Positions 29,469 through 39,418 are shown, counted from the first letter of the stretch. The stretch is DNA of 64,000 bases from Burkholderiales bacterium (GCA_043743335.1 JAYTWR010000074.1:3413-67412), one strand, 5' to 3'. Notes: generated by a model from the letters alone, not told the origin. Made by a program: numbers and translations.

Positions 29469-30670
29469 CGACCATTGCCTATGTAAACAGCTTGTACGCG
29501 CGGGCCAGTGACTCCTTCATACGCGCCGAGGTTTTACAGCTACGCAGCTTCGGCCACACAGTGCATACGTTTTCCATACGCAAGCCCACAGAGTCCGAGT
29601 TAGTCAGTCAGGAAATCATCGATGAGTACCGGCAGACGGATTACATTCTGAACCACGGCGTGCCAGTGCTGGTGCAGCATGTTGTTCTAGAGTTTCTGCG
29701 TTCGCCGGGCAGTGTGTTGGCGGCCTTGGCCATGACTTTCCGCTATGGAATGCCCGGCATCAAAGGGCGGTTGTGGCCGATCGCCTATTTTCTGGAGGCT
29801 TGCTATCTCTCGCGCCAGTTAATCAAAAAACGCGTCGAACATCTGCATGACCATAACGGGCAGGGCTGCGCGTTCGTGGCCATGCTGGCTTCCCGTATGA
29901 GTGGCGTACCGTACAGCCTGACAATACATGGCCCCGGTGAGTTTGATCGGCCCACGCAGTTGTCGCTCGACAGCAAAATTAACCACAGCCGGTTTGCCGT
30001 GGCCGTGAGCGAATACGGGCGCAGCCAACTCTACCGCTGGACCGCTGTGGCGGATTGGCCGAAGATTCATGTGGTGCATTGCGGTGTGCGCCTAGATGCT
30101 TGGGTGGCAAAAGAGGCCCCCGCAGGCCGCCGATTAGTGTGTGTGGGCCGGCTGGCGCGCGAAAAAGGCCATTTGATCTTGATTGAGGCGGTCTCGCGCC
30201 TACAGGACATCCCCGATTTTGAGGTGGTTATCGTCGGTGATGGGCCGCTGCGCGGTGAGGTGGAAGCACGCGCCAAGTCTCTCGGTATTCACACCAGGGT
30301 AAACGTCACCGGTTGGATGTCCGCCGACAAAGTGCGTGAAGCAATTCTGAAAAGCTGCGCCATGGTGCTACCGAGCTTCGCCGAGGGCTTGCCGGTGGTG
30401 TTGATGGAAGCCTTGGCCTTGGAGCGACCGGTCATTTCAACCACCATCGCGGGCATTCCCGAGTTGGTCGAGCACGGCGTTTCGGGTTGGCTGATTCCGG
30501 CAGGCTCAGTCGATGCACTGGCGCAGGCGATGCGCGAGCTTTTTGCCACGCCGCCAGACAAGTTGGCTGCCATGGGCCGTGCCGGGCGTGCCAGCGTGAG
30601 CGAGCGCCATGACCAAACCACGGAAGCTAAAAAGCTTGAAGCGCTGATTTTGAATTCGCTGAAAGCGTAA
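29465..30670 (+). CDS. Glycosyltransferase family 4 (WcaL-like)
   Basis: SFIRAEV; VGRLAREKG; EGLPVVLMEA. Confidence 0.92.
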   Translation: MTTIAYVNSLYARASDSFIRAEVLQLRSFGHTVHTFSIRKPTESELVSQEIIDEYRQTDYILNHGVPVLVQHVVLEFLRSPGSVLAALAMTFRYGMPGIKGRLWPIAYFLEACYLSRQLIKKRVEHLHDHNGQGCAFVAMLASRMSGVPYSLTIHGPGEFDRPTQLSLDSKINHSRFAVAVSEYGRSQLYRWTAVADWPKIHVVHCGVRLDAWVAKEAPAGRRLVCVGRLAREKGHLILIEAVSRLQDIPDFEVVIVGDGPLRGEVEARAKSLGIHTRVNVTGWMSADKVREAILKSCAMVLPSFAEGLPVVLMEALALERPVISTTIAGIPELVEHGVSGWLIPAGSVDALAQAMRELFATPPDKLAAMGRAGRASVSERHDQTTEAKKLEALILNSLKA

Positions 30671-30715
30671 GCGAGAATTATTGTAACTAATTGATTTTAT
30701 TGATAAATTTATAAA

Positions 30716-31627
30716 ATGGGTAATCGTTACCTCCTAATCTCACCGTGCCGCGATGAAGCCGACTACATGCGCCAAACGCTGGACACGGTGGTCGCGCAGT
30801 CGGTCCAGCCGGCCAAGTGGGTCATCGTTGACGATGGTTCGACTGACGCCACACCAGCGATTCTTGCCGAGTATGCCGCGAAGCACGACTGGATCACCGT
30901 GGTCACGCGCAAGGATCGTGGTCGCCGCGCCGTTGGCCCTGGGGTGATCGAGGCCTTTTATGCGGGATATGAATCCGTCAATTCCGACGCCTTTGACTAT
31001 TTGTGCAAGCTCGATCTCGACTTGCGTTTGCCGCCGCGTTACTTTGAACTGTTGATGCAGCGCATGGCGGCTGATCCGCTGATTGCCACCTGCAGCGGCA
31101 AAGCCTATATCGAACGCGATGGCGAGCTGCTGTATGAACGCCATGGCGACGAAACGTCGCTGGGCATGACCAAGTTTTACAAAGTATCCAGCTTCAAAAA
31201 AATCGGTGGCTTCGTGCGTGAAGTCATGTGGGACGGCATTGATTGTCATTGCTGCCGCATGCACGGCTGGATTGCCTGTAGCTGGGACGATGCGGATTTG
31301 CGCTTCATTCACTTGCGCCCCATGGGCAGCAGCCAGCAGAGCATTTATACGGGCCGCCAACGCCACGGCTACGGCCAGTATTTCATGGGCACCGGATTCA
31401 TTTACATGCTGGCCAGCGCGGTTAGTCGCATCAACGAAAAGCCGTATTTACTGGGCAGTACGGCAATGATGTGGGGGTGGATTTCCAGCGCGCTGCAGGG
31501 CAAACCGCGCTACGAAAATCTCGAATTTCGCAAGCACTTGCGCAGTTATCAGATGCGCGCGCTGTTGTTTGGCAAGCAAAAGGCTATTGCCTCAATGCAA
31601 AAGGAACACGGCGCTGGAATCGGTTAA
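30716..31627 (+). CDS. Glycosyltransferase family 2
   Basis: SPCRDE; VDDGSTD; KLDLD; WDGID. Confidence 0.92.
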   Translation: MGNRYLLISPCRDEADYMRQTLDTVVAQSVQPAKWVIVDDGSTDATPAILAEYAAKHDWITVVTRKDRGRRAVGPGVIEAFYAGYESVNSDAFDYLCKLDLDLRLPPRYFELLMQRMAADPLIATCSGKAYIERDGELLYERHGDETSLGMTKFYKVSSFKKIGGFVREVMWDGIDCHCCRMHGWIACSWDDADLRFIHLRPMGSSQQSIYTGRQRHGYGQYFMGTGFIYMLASAVSRINEKPYLLGSTAMMWGWISSALQGKPRYENLEFRKHLRSYQMRALLFGKQKAIASMQKEHGAGIG

Positions 31628-31681
31628 TATGAGTTTGCGTATCCTGCGAACAGGCAAGATGCGCTGGTGGAGGCTAACGTA

Positions 31682-32146
31682 ATGCTTTTTGCATCCGAAT
31701 ACGGTACATCGCTGGTTAAGAGCATAGTGGCTTATCAAAAAGCAGCGCACGGTGGCGGACTATTCAATGGGTTTTGCAAGCAATTCTCCTCCCTTCGCTA
31801 CCGGTTTTGGAGTACGGTCACTGCTTCGGATATCCATCGAGACGCCAAAATCAGTGCCGACCTGAAATTGCCACATCCCACTGGGGTCATCATTCACCGG
31901 GATACGCAAGTGGGATCGAGTTGCATGATTATGCAGCAAGTGACATTGGGGCAACTGGCTATGAATGGGGCACCGATTGTCGGCAATGGGGTCTACATCG
32001 GCGCAGGGGCCAAGGTGCTGGGCGCAATACGCATCGGCGACAACGCGAGGATCGGCGCTAATGCGGTGGTTTTGGAAGACGTCCCAGCAAACTGTACGGC
32101 GGTGGGCGTTCCGGCACGCATCATTTCGAGATCGGTGCAAACTTAA
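31682..32146 (+). CDS. CysE-like hexapeptide-repeat O-acetyltransferase
   Basis: PHPTGVIIH; IGAGAKVLG; VGVPAR; alternative GTG start at 31667. Confidence 0.88.
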   Translation: MLFASEYGTSLVKSIVAYQKAAHGGGLFNGFCKQFSSLRYRFWSTVTASDIHRDAKISADLKLPHPTGVIIHRDTQVGSSCMIMQQVTLGQLAMNGAPIVGNGVYIGAGAKVLGAIRIGDNARIGANAVVLEDVPANCTAVGVPARIISRSVQT

Positions 32147-32167
32147 GGCTGCTGCCACGCTAGCCGG

Positions 32168-33259
32168 TCAGCGAAATTTCGTGGTTCGTTCAATGCGCCT
32201 GATTGCCCTAAGCGGCAAACTAAGCGGCAAACTAAAAAACCGCGGCACGCTACCTTGCGCTACATAACGTTCCGCCGTGCGTTGAAGCCGGCGCGCGCTG
32301 GTAAGCAGGGAAGGCAGTTCGACAGCCCCACGCAGCAAAGGCGCTTCCCGTGTCATCAGTCGTTCTTTGTACGCCGATTTACCCTCACCAAGATCAATGG
32401 TGTGTACGCCTGACTCAGCCAGTGCTTCCGCCATACGCAGCAGCAAAATAATACCGGTAGAGAATTTGGCAAATTCCGGATCGTAGGCCGGAAACCAGTA
32501 GTGCATCACGTTGGCTGAACGCATGCCCATGTGGATGGCTACGACACGCTCACCCGCGCGCAGTACGGAACATACGCCCGCGAAATCCGCCGTCTGCGTT
32601 GCCGCTATTCGTTCCAGTAATTTGCCCGTCCAAGGCGTCTCGAACAGGTTCATCAGCTTCGATTCGCGATATTGTTCACCTTTCCAGCGTATGAGCTGCG
32701 CTAACGCTTCAGGTCCCGGCTCATGCAGCGTAAATTGCAGCGCGCCAAACTCCCGTCCCAATTTACGTGCGAGGCCTTCGGTTTTCGGGATGTAATCCGA
32801 TCCTGCTGCACGCCGCCCGGCAACGTAATTTTTGTAGCCGTCTTCCAAACCGATTTGCGGCGAGGTGGTTCGTGTTTCAATGCAGGTATCAAACTTCTGC
32901 GAATCATCAACCAGATGATTGAAGCTCCACACCGAGAGATTCGCGGCGCGCAGCAGCGATGCCGTGTCCCATGGCGTATCCGGCAAGGCGACAACGCCAT
33001 GGTAGTCGGAGAACGGGCCACCGATGGGCTTGCCCATACCCAGCAAGGATCGTTGAAACGGGAAAAACCCGGCAATCCGGTTGTTGTGTTCGATCACAAC
33101 CAGGCGAGCGTCGTTGCGCACCTCGCCAACCCGTTGCGTAAATGCCGGGCAAAAATAGGGGCTGGCATAGCGGGGGTTTGTGGCCTGAATTTGACGCCAA
33201 GCCTCGACCAAAGTGGTATCGATTTCGTGAATCGAAACAACACGATAGCGCAAACTCAT
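32168..33259 (-). CDS. GNAT acetyltransferase of the CelD/BcsL (cellulose-associated) type
   Basis: SPYFCP, SDYHG, PAYDP..S.G and DLGEG..YK motifs. Confidence 0.85.
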   Translation of the reverse strand: MSLRYRVVSIHEIDTTLVEAWRQIQATNPRYASPYFCPAFTQRVGEVRNDARLVVIEHNNRIAGFFPFQRSLLGMGKPIGGPFSDYHGVVALPDTPWDTASLLRAANLSVWSFNHLVDDSQKFDTCIETRTTSPQIGLEDGYKNYVAGRRAAGSDYIPKTEGLARKLGREFGALQFTLHEPGPEALAQLIRWKGEQYRESKLMNLFETPWTGKLLERIAATQTADFAGVCSVLRAGERVVAIHMGMRSANVMHYWFPAYDPEFAKFSTGIILLLRMAEALAESGVHTIDLGEGKSAYKERLMTREAPLLRGAVELPSLLTSARRLQRTAERYVAQGSVPRFFSLPLSLPLRAIRRIERTTKFR

Positions 33260-34191
33260 TCGGCTGACTCTGGCTTACTAAACAGCGGCGTCTGCAGTCG
33301 GGGAATGAGCCGGGAAAAACCACGCCCGCGTATGAAATCGGCTAAGCCTCGCAGGCAAAGCAACACAAACTCGCCCATCTCCGACACCACGGCCACGCCT
33401 GTGCCGTAGTGCTTCACCATATAGTAATAGCGACTCTGGTAATAGTGCTTTGCGATACAACCGCCAATACGGGTGTTGTCGGTCGAGGAGCTTTCCCCCC
33501 CCACGTGATGCGCGAGCGCCGCACCGACAGCCCATGTTCCAAAGTTGATATCGTCAGCGCGCTTGCAAACATCGGTCTCTTCCCAATAGAGGAAGTAGCG
33601 GGGGTCAAATCCGTGCAACCGCTTCAGCAGCTCGGTGCGTATCATGAATACCGCACCGCAGACCCAGCCGGTACGCACGGGTGCAGAGCCGGGCTCGATA
33701 GGCCATGACGCTGCTGAACGACCGACTAACGGCATTGCCCCCCACAATATTGATCCCGGTGTCGGGCGTTGCCCGGTAAACTGAAAACTTGCATTTTCGC
33801 CCTGGCCGCTACTCTCTTCAATAATGGCGGGGCCGACAATTCCAACGGTTGGGTGTTGCTCGATAAAGCGGAGCATGGTTCGGATTGCATCGGGTTCCAC
33901 GACGGCATCCGGGTTGATGAATATCGTGTACGCGCTGGTTACTTGCGCAAACCCGATGTTGTTGCCTCGACCAAAACCATTGTTTTTCCCGGTCTGGATT
34001 AGGCTGGCCCAATCCGCTTGCGCCTCAACGAGTTTACACGTGGCGTCGGTGCTACCGTTGTCAACCACAATCACATCGAGCAGGTCGGCATCGTAGCAGC
34101 GTCGCGCGCCGGCCAGCATGCGACCGATGGTTCGCGCGGATTGATACGTTACAACAATGGCTGTAACAGGTTTTTGTGAGGCCGGTGCCAT
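33256..34191 (-). CDS. Glycosyltransferase family 2 (WbbL-like)
   Basis: VDNGSTD; GFGRGNN; NPD; GFDPRYFLYWEETD. Confidence 0.92.
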   Translation of the reverse strand: MAPASQKPVTAIVVTYQSARTIGRMLAGARRCYDADLLDVIVVDNGSTDATCKLVEAQADWASLIQTGKNNGFGRGNNIGFAQVTSAYTIFINPDAVVEPDAIRTMLRFIEQHPTVGIVGPAIIEESSGQGENASFQFTGQRPTPGSILWGAMPLVGRSAASWPIEPGSAPVRTGWVCGAVFMIRTELLKRLHGFDPRYFLYWEETDVCKRADDINFGTWAVGAALAHHVGGESSSTDNTRIGGCIAKHYYQSRYYYMVKHYGTGVAVVSEMGEFVLLCLRGLADFIRGRGFSRLIPRLQTPLFSKPESAE

Positions 34192-34227
34192 GCGTTAACT
34201 GGTTTACTGGTTCACTGGTTCGCAGGT

Positions 34228-35250
34228 TCACTGCAATCCGAGTGCGGTAAATACACCCGGATACGCGCCGCTGGTCTTGAACTGTAAATCACTCATGGAC
34301 TGCGGCGCTTCTATCCGCGGTATGGCATACCGATCGGATTCGCCGCCCACGCGCAGTGGCGTATTGACGCCCACAGCAGATTGCCAGCCTGATGCGATGA
34401 CATCCTGGCGTGTGTCAGTACACCAACGTCCATAAGGAAACGAGAAATGCTGAGGTTGCTGACTCAGCTCACGCCGGATGTCTTCTGCGCACCCGCCGAT
34501 TTCTGCATGCGCTGTCGCACCCGTATATTTTTGCAGGTCAACGTGTTCCCGGGTATGCCCGCCAATCTCGAATTGAGGGTATCGGCGGCACAGATCACGC
34601 ACCTCATCCCAGTTCAGCGTGAGTCTTGGCGGCTTGCCCTCAGGCTTTAGTTGAATCTCCATCTCGTCGAGCAAAGCCTTACGTTCTTCGGCAGAGGCCT
34701 CAAGCAATCGGTGGTGTAGTTGCTCCATAGCGGTAGCGAACGCATGGCTTGCAGCAAGCACGGTCTTGCCGTTGTTCAACCCTTCAATTTGCAATGCGTC
34801 GCGGGTGCGCTGCGTTATTAGCCAGTGAAGGCGATCTACCCACTGGGATTCGCTGCGTTCTACATAGCCTGTTGCAAGATACAGGGTGGCCGGCAGCCCG
34901 TACTCAGCGAGTATCGGCGCGGCGATGGTCAGATTGTCGAGATAGCCGTCGTCGAATGTGATGCACACTGTGCCCGCAGTCGGTGATGCGCCCGATTTGA
35001 TCTGATCCACTAATTGACTCAACGATATCACCTTACGGTGTTTGCTGAGGTATTCCATTTGTGAAGCAAACAGCGCGGGCGAGATCCGAGTGCGCAGGTT
35101 CAAGGCAGGCGCAACTTCATCGGACGCCACACTGTGATACATCAAAATAATGGCACCATCAGGCCGAGCCACTGCTTCGTACAGCTTGCCGATTCCGCAC
35201 CACTGTATTGCTTTGCCCGTGACGGTTCGAGCTAATGACTTCAGCGGCAT
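34228..35250 (-). CDS. Polysaccharide deacetylase (CE4)
   Basis: ILMYHSV; TFDDGY; GGHTREH; FSFPYG. Confidence 0.92.
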   Translation of the reverse strand: MPLKSLARTVTGKAIQWCGIGKLYEAVARPDGAIILMYHSVASDEVAPALNLRTRISPALFASQMEYLSKHRKVISLSQLVDQIKSGASPTAGTVCITFDDGYLDNLTIAAPILAEYGLPATLYLATGYVERSESQWVDRLHWLITQRTRDALQIEGLNNGKTVLAASHAFATAMEQLHHRLLEASAEERKALLDEMEIQLKPEGKPPRLTLNWDEVRDLCRRYPQFEIGGHTREHVDLQKYTGATAHAEIGGCAEDIRRELSQQPQHFSFPYGRWCTDTRQDVIASGWQSAVGVNTPLRVGGESDRYAIPRIEAPQSMSDLQFKTSGAYPGVFTALGLQ

Positions 35251-35504
35251 CGTTAGTTAATTTTTAGCGGATAGTGGGGGCAAAGCGTCGAAGCATTGCT
35301 TGCGTGCTACGATGGACAATCACAGTTTTAAGCGTAGTCCGTACTGATATAAGGTAGTGCATGGCTGGGGGATGAGATGCGCGCTTAGCGGTATTATCCT
35401 ATAAATCATGACTTAACCCGTGTTTTCAGTGCGGTTTTCAGTGCGCGGCCAATCCGCATTGCCAAGCGTGCGTTGCCATCTCGCTAATTCAGGGTGCCGG
35501 GCAC

Positions 35505-36683
35505 GTGGTCAGCACATTAGAATTGCGCCTTACCCAAACACCAAGCAAGTCGCACACCGATTCGAGGCAGGCTATAGTGGATCAGAAGTTTGTTGATTTT
35601 TCACGAAACATTCATTGTCTCTTAGGGTTACCGTTTGACGTGATCGATATGGCGGGCGCGGTGCGACAGGTGCGCGCCGCCACTGCGGCACGCCAATCGT
35701 GCTTTCTGACGACGCCGAATCTGAATTTCGCCATCGGGTGCCTCACGGATGAGGGTTTTCGAAACTCCGTGATCAACAGTGACCTAAGCGTTGCCGACGG
35801 TATGCCGCTGGTTTGGATAGCCCGCATACTGCACGTTCCCATTCGTGAGCGGGTTGCCGGCTCCACGTTGTTCGAGCGCCTGCGCACGGCGTCGGTGCCG
35901 CCGATATCGGTGTATTTTTTTGGCGGACCGGATGGCGTGGCCGAGTTGGCCTGTCGGCAACTGAATCAGGAAAAGCGCGGTATGACTTGCGCCGGATTTG
36001 AGTCGCCGGGTTTTGGTTCGTTAGACGATATCAGCAGTGAGGCTGTCATCGAACGCATCAACGCCAGCAAGGCCGATTTTTTGGTGGTCGCACTCGGTGC
36101 GAAGAAGGGGCAGGCGTGGATTGAACGGAACCGCGCGCGCATCAACGTGCCGGTGATCAGTCATCTTGGTGCCGTGGTGAACTTCGTCGCCGGTAGCGTG
36201 AATCGCGCGCCGCTGTGGATGCAACGCATCGGGCTGGAATGGCTGTGGCGCATCAAAGAAGAGCCGGCCCTATGGCGCCGTTACGGCGCGGACGGCATGG
36301 CGCTGTGCGCACTGCTGTTCGCCAAGGTGCTACCTTATGCTTGGTATGTTCATAAAAATATCAATAAAATCAATTACTTAGATAATTTTTCGATTAAGGC
36401 GACTATAAGCGACACACAAGTCAGCCTATGCTTGCGTGGGGCGTGGACTGGGGCGAATATCGCCCCGCTGCGTGCGGCTTTTACCGACGCCGCACAAGCC
36501 GGTAAGGATGTTTGCCTTGAACTCGCCGATGTCACGTACGTGGATAGTGCCTTTGTCGGACAACTGATGTTGCTCTACGGCCACCAAAAACAGCAGCGAC
36601 GAAAGTTGATCCTGCACGCCGTGTCAACGCCGGTACGGCGTGTGCTGTCGTATAGCTGCGCGGATTATCTCTGCGCGCCGTAG
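35505..36683 (+). CDS. WecG/TagA/CpsF (GT26) glycosyltransferase fused to a C-terminal STAS domain
   Basis: TPN, ADGMPLVW, RVAG and RAP.WMQ..GLEW motifs; C-terminal LELADVTYVDSAFVGQL STAS motif; start may be GTG 35577. Confidence 0.88.
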   Translation: MVSTLELRLTQTPSKSHTDSRQAIVDQKFVDFSRNIHCLLGLPFDVIDMAGAVRQVRAATAARQSCFLTTPNLNFAIGCLTDEGFRNSVINSDLSVADGMPLVWIARILHVPIRERVAGSTLFERLRTASVPPISVYFFGGPDGVAELACRQLNQEKRGMTCAGFESPGFGSLDDISSEAVIERINASKADFLVVALGAKKGQAWIERNRARINVPVISHLGAVVNFVAGSVNRAPLWMQRIGLEWLWRIKEEPALWRRYGADGMALCALLFAKVLPYAWYVHKNINKINYLDNFSIKATISDTQVSLCLRGAWTGANIAPLRAAFTDAAQAGKDVCLELADVTYVDSAFVGQLMLLYGHQKQQRRKLILHAVSTPVRRVLSYSCADYLCAP

Positions 36684-36688
36684 CTGAC

Positions 36689-37921
36689 GTGACGCCTGCT
36701 ATTCCGTCCGCGACCGCTACCGTAGTGTCGGTGGTCGCACTGACCACGCTGGCGCAAATCGCCACTGTGATGGGCATCGCCATTTTCCCGGTCATCGCCC
36801 CCAAGCTGGCGGTTGACATGGGTGTCGAGCCGTCGCTGATTGGCTTTCAGATGAGTTTAATCTACGGTGCGGCCGCGCTGTCCTCGCCGTTTCTGACTTG
36901 GATGGTGACGCGCCACGGCGCGTGCCGCGCGATTCAGGCCGGTTTATTGCTGAGCGTAGTGGCGTTGGCGCTGGCCTTGGTGTCGGGCTTGGCGGCGCTG
37001 ATGGCGGCCTCCGTCTTGCTCGGTGCGGCCATGAGCGTGATGACACCTGCGGGTGCCCACGTGTTGTTCCGCTTTAGCCCGCCACAGCATCGCAATTTGT
37101 TGTTTTCGATCAAGCAAACCTGCGTGCCAGCGGGCTGGATGATCGTCGCGCTGGTTGCACCGACAGTGACGCTAATCCACGGCTGGAAATGGGCCATTGT
37201 GCTGGTGATCGGATTTGCAGTGCTGATGATCGCCGCGTTGCAAGCGGTGCGCGCGACGTGGGACGACGATCGTGGCGCGCAAACCGGCGGCGTGCGGCAG
37301 CAGGCGCGCGAAGGCATGCGGTTACTGTGGCGAGTGGCCGAGCTGCGGTGGCTGTCGATGGCTTCGCTGTTCATGTCGGGCGTGCAGCTTTGCTTGAGTT
37401 CGTTTGCGGTGACGATGCTGGTGCAAGAGGCCGGCTATGGCTTGGTTGCGGCGGGCGTCATGCTGTCGGTGGCGCAGGGTGCGGGGGTTACCGGGCGCAT
37501 CCTGTGGGGCTGGATCGCCGATCGCACCGGCCACTGCTTGCGCATGTTGCTGACGTTAAGTGGCGTCATAGTGGTGTGCTGCGTGGTAATGGCTTTTGTT
37601 ACGCCACAGTGGCCGCGCGGATTGATGGCCGCGCTCTTTTTGGTGTTTGGCGCGTCGGCCATTGGCTGGAACGGACTCTTTCTGGCGGAAGTGGCGCGAC
37701 TCAGCCCACAAGGCAAAGTCAGTGTCGCCACCAGCGGCGCGATGGTGTGGAATTTCGCTGGCATTTTGACCGGCCCTGCGTTGTTTGCGCTGGCTTATCG
37801 GATCAACGGCAGCTACGCCATGACCTACGGCTTGCTCACAGTGTTCGCGCTCGCCGGATTCGGGTTTCTGTGCCTGAGTCTCGCCAGCGCACGGCGGCGT
37901 ACGGCAAGTGTTCATGGCTGA
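36689..37921 (+). CDS. MFS transporter
   Basis: 12-TM pattern; SIKQT and GRILWGWIADR motifs. Confidence 0.88.
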   Translation: MTPAIPSATATVVSVVALTTLAQIATVMGIAIFPVIAPKLAVDMGVEPSLIGFQMSLIYGAAALSSPFLTWMVTRHGACRAIQAGLLLSVVALALALVSGLAALMAASVLLGAAMSVMTPAGAHVLFRFSPPQHRNLLFSIKQTCVPAGWMIVALVAPTVTLIHGWKWAIVLVIGFAVLMIAALQAVRATWDDDRGAQTGGVRQQAREGMRLLWRVAELRWLSMASLFMSGVQLCLSSFAVTMLVQEAGYGLVAAGVMLSVAQGAGVTGRILWGWIADRTGHCLRMLLTLSGVIVVCCVVMAFVTPQWPRGLMAALFLVFGASAIGWNGLFLAEVARLSPQGKVSVATSGAMVWNFAGILTGPALFALAYRINGSYAMTYGLLTVFALAGFGFLCLSLASARRRTASVHG

Positions 37922-38660
37922 TTTCACCGGCCCACAGTGGGCGTTTTTTTGCGCGGCAGTGACCTTGGCGTTTTGTGTGCGGGGCGGTGCGGGTTTCGGC
38001 GGCGGCGTAGTGGCAGCGCCCATGCTGGCCCTGCTGGCACCGCTGCAAGTGGTGGTGCCGTTGATTGCTGGCATGAACACCGTGACGTCCATCGCCCAAG
38101 GCGTGGGAGATTGGCGCCGTGTGGCGTGGCGTGAAATTCTGCGCATTGTGCCATTTGCGATACTCGGCATTATCGTCGGAATATTTTTTCTGGCGAATAT
38201 CGATGCCCGGCCGTTGAGTCGCGCCTTCGGTGTGTTCGTCGTGGTGTATTCGATCTATATGATTGTTTTTAAAGGAAAATCTCCAGCGATACCGCGCCGC
38301 TGGCTGACCCCGGTGGCGGCGCTGGTGAGTTTGGCTGCGGGGGTTATCGGTTCGGTGTTTGGCGGTGGGGTAGGGCCGGTATTTGTGATGTATTTGAATT
38401 CCCTGAACATCGACAAAGACACGTTTCGCGCCACTATGAATATGTTGATGATGACCATGGGCACGACCCGGCTGATCGGGCTGCTGGTCGCTGGCCTGAT
38501 TACGCAAAAAGTGCTCATGCTACTGGCGGTGGCACTGCCGCTGGCGTTTATCGCCGCTCAACTGGGCGGGCGTCTCGCGCGGCGTTTTGATCAGCAAACA
38601 TTTTCCCGCGTGGTGGGTTGCGTCATGCTGGGCAGCGGCATGCTGCTCATGCTGAGATGA
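37914..38660 (+). CDS. TauE/SafE (TSUP) family exporter
   Basis: GGAGFGGG and GGGVGP..YL..FRAT motifs. Confidence 0.88.
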   Translation: MADFTGPQWAFFCAAVTLAFCVRGGAGFGGGVVAAPMLALLAPLQVVVPLIAGMNTVTSIAQGVGDWRRVAWREILRIVPFAILGIIVGIFFLANIDARPLSRAFGVFVVVYSIYMIVFKGKSPAIPRRWLTPVAALVSLAAGVIGSVFGGGVGPVFVMYLNSLNIDKDTFRATMNMLMMTMGTTRLIGLLVAGLITQKVLMLLAVALPLAFIAAQLGGRLARRFDQQTFSRVVGCVMLGSGMLLMLR

Positions 38661-39418
38661 ACCCCGCTGGCATGCTCGATACCTTTTCCATGGCGCAGTT
38701 GGCGTGGGTCGCCGGTGTGATATTCGGTGCTTATGTGGTGCGCGGGATGTCGGGCTTTGGCGCCGGGCTGGTGGCCACGCCGTTGTTGGCGTTTGTGTTG
38801 CCGATGACCGTTGTGGTGCCCACCACCGCGCTGATTGTGTGCATGTTGTTCATTGTGCTCACCATTCGCGACTGGCGCGAAGTGCGGTGGGACGAATTCA
38901 AGCGTTTGCTGCTGCCCACCCTCGCCGGTGTGGCGGGGGGGCTGTATCTGTTTACGGCGCTGGATAATCGTTTGCTGTTAAAGCTCTTGGGCGGATTTTT
39001 GCTGGCGTACGCCGCCTATATGCTGATCAGCCAATGGGTGGGTATGAAGCCGCCGAAGTTATCCGAAAAATGGGCCGCGCCGTTGGGATTTTTTGGCGCT
39101 TTTATCGATAGCATGTTCGGCGGCGGCGGCGGCACGCTGGTGGTGATTTACATGCACGGGCGCGGCGTTAGCAAGATCGAGTTTCGTTCGACGTTGGCCG
39201 TGCTGTGGTTTCTGGAAATGATTGCGCGTGTCGGGGGCTACACGCTGGCAGGCTACTACACGCAGGGCACGCTGGGGCTGGTGGCGGTGATGCTGCCCTT
39301 CATGCTGCTGGGAACCTGGACGGGTGAAAAAATCAACGCCCGCGTTAGTCCGGCGGCGTTTAATAATATTCTGGCGGCGATGCTGTTATTCAGCGGGGCA
39401 AGTTTGTTGATCAAGTAG
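38657..39418 (+). CDS. TauE/SafE (TSUP) family exporter, second copy
   Basis: ATGA overlap with the upstream gene; GMSGFGAGL; FGGGG..FRST. Confidence 0.88.
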   Translation: MNPAGMLDTFSMAQLAWVAGVIFGAYVVRGMSGFGAGLVATPLLAFVLPMTVVVPTTALIVCMLFIVLTIRDWREVRWDEFKRLLLPTLAGVAGGLYLFTALDNRLLLKLLGGFLLAYAAYMLISQWVGMKPPKLSEKWAAPLGFFGAFIDSMFGGGGGTLVVIYMHGRGVSKIEFRSTLAVLWFLEMIARVGGYTLAGYYTQGTLGLVAVMLPFMLLGTWTGEKINARVSPAAFNNILAAMLLFSGASLLIK

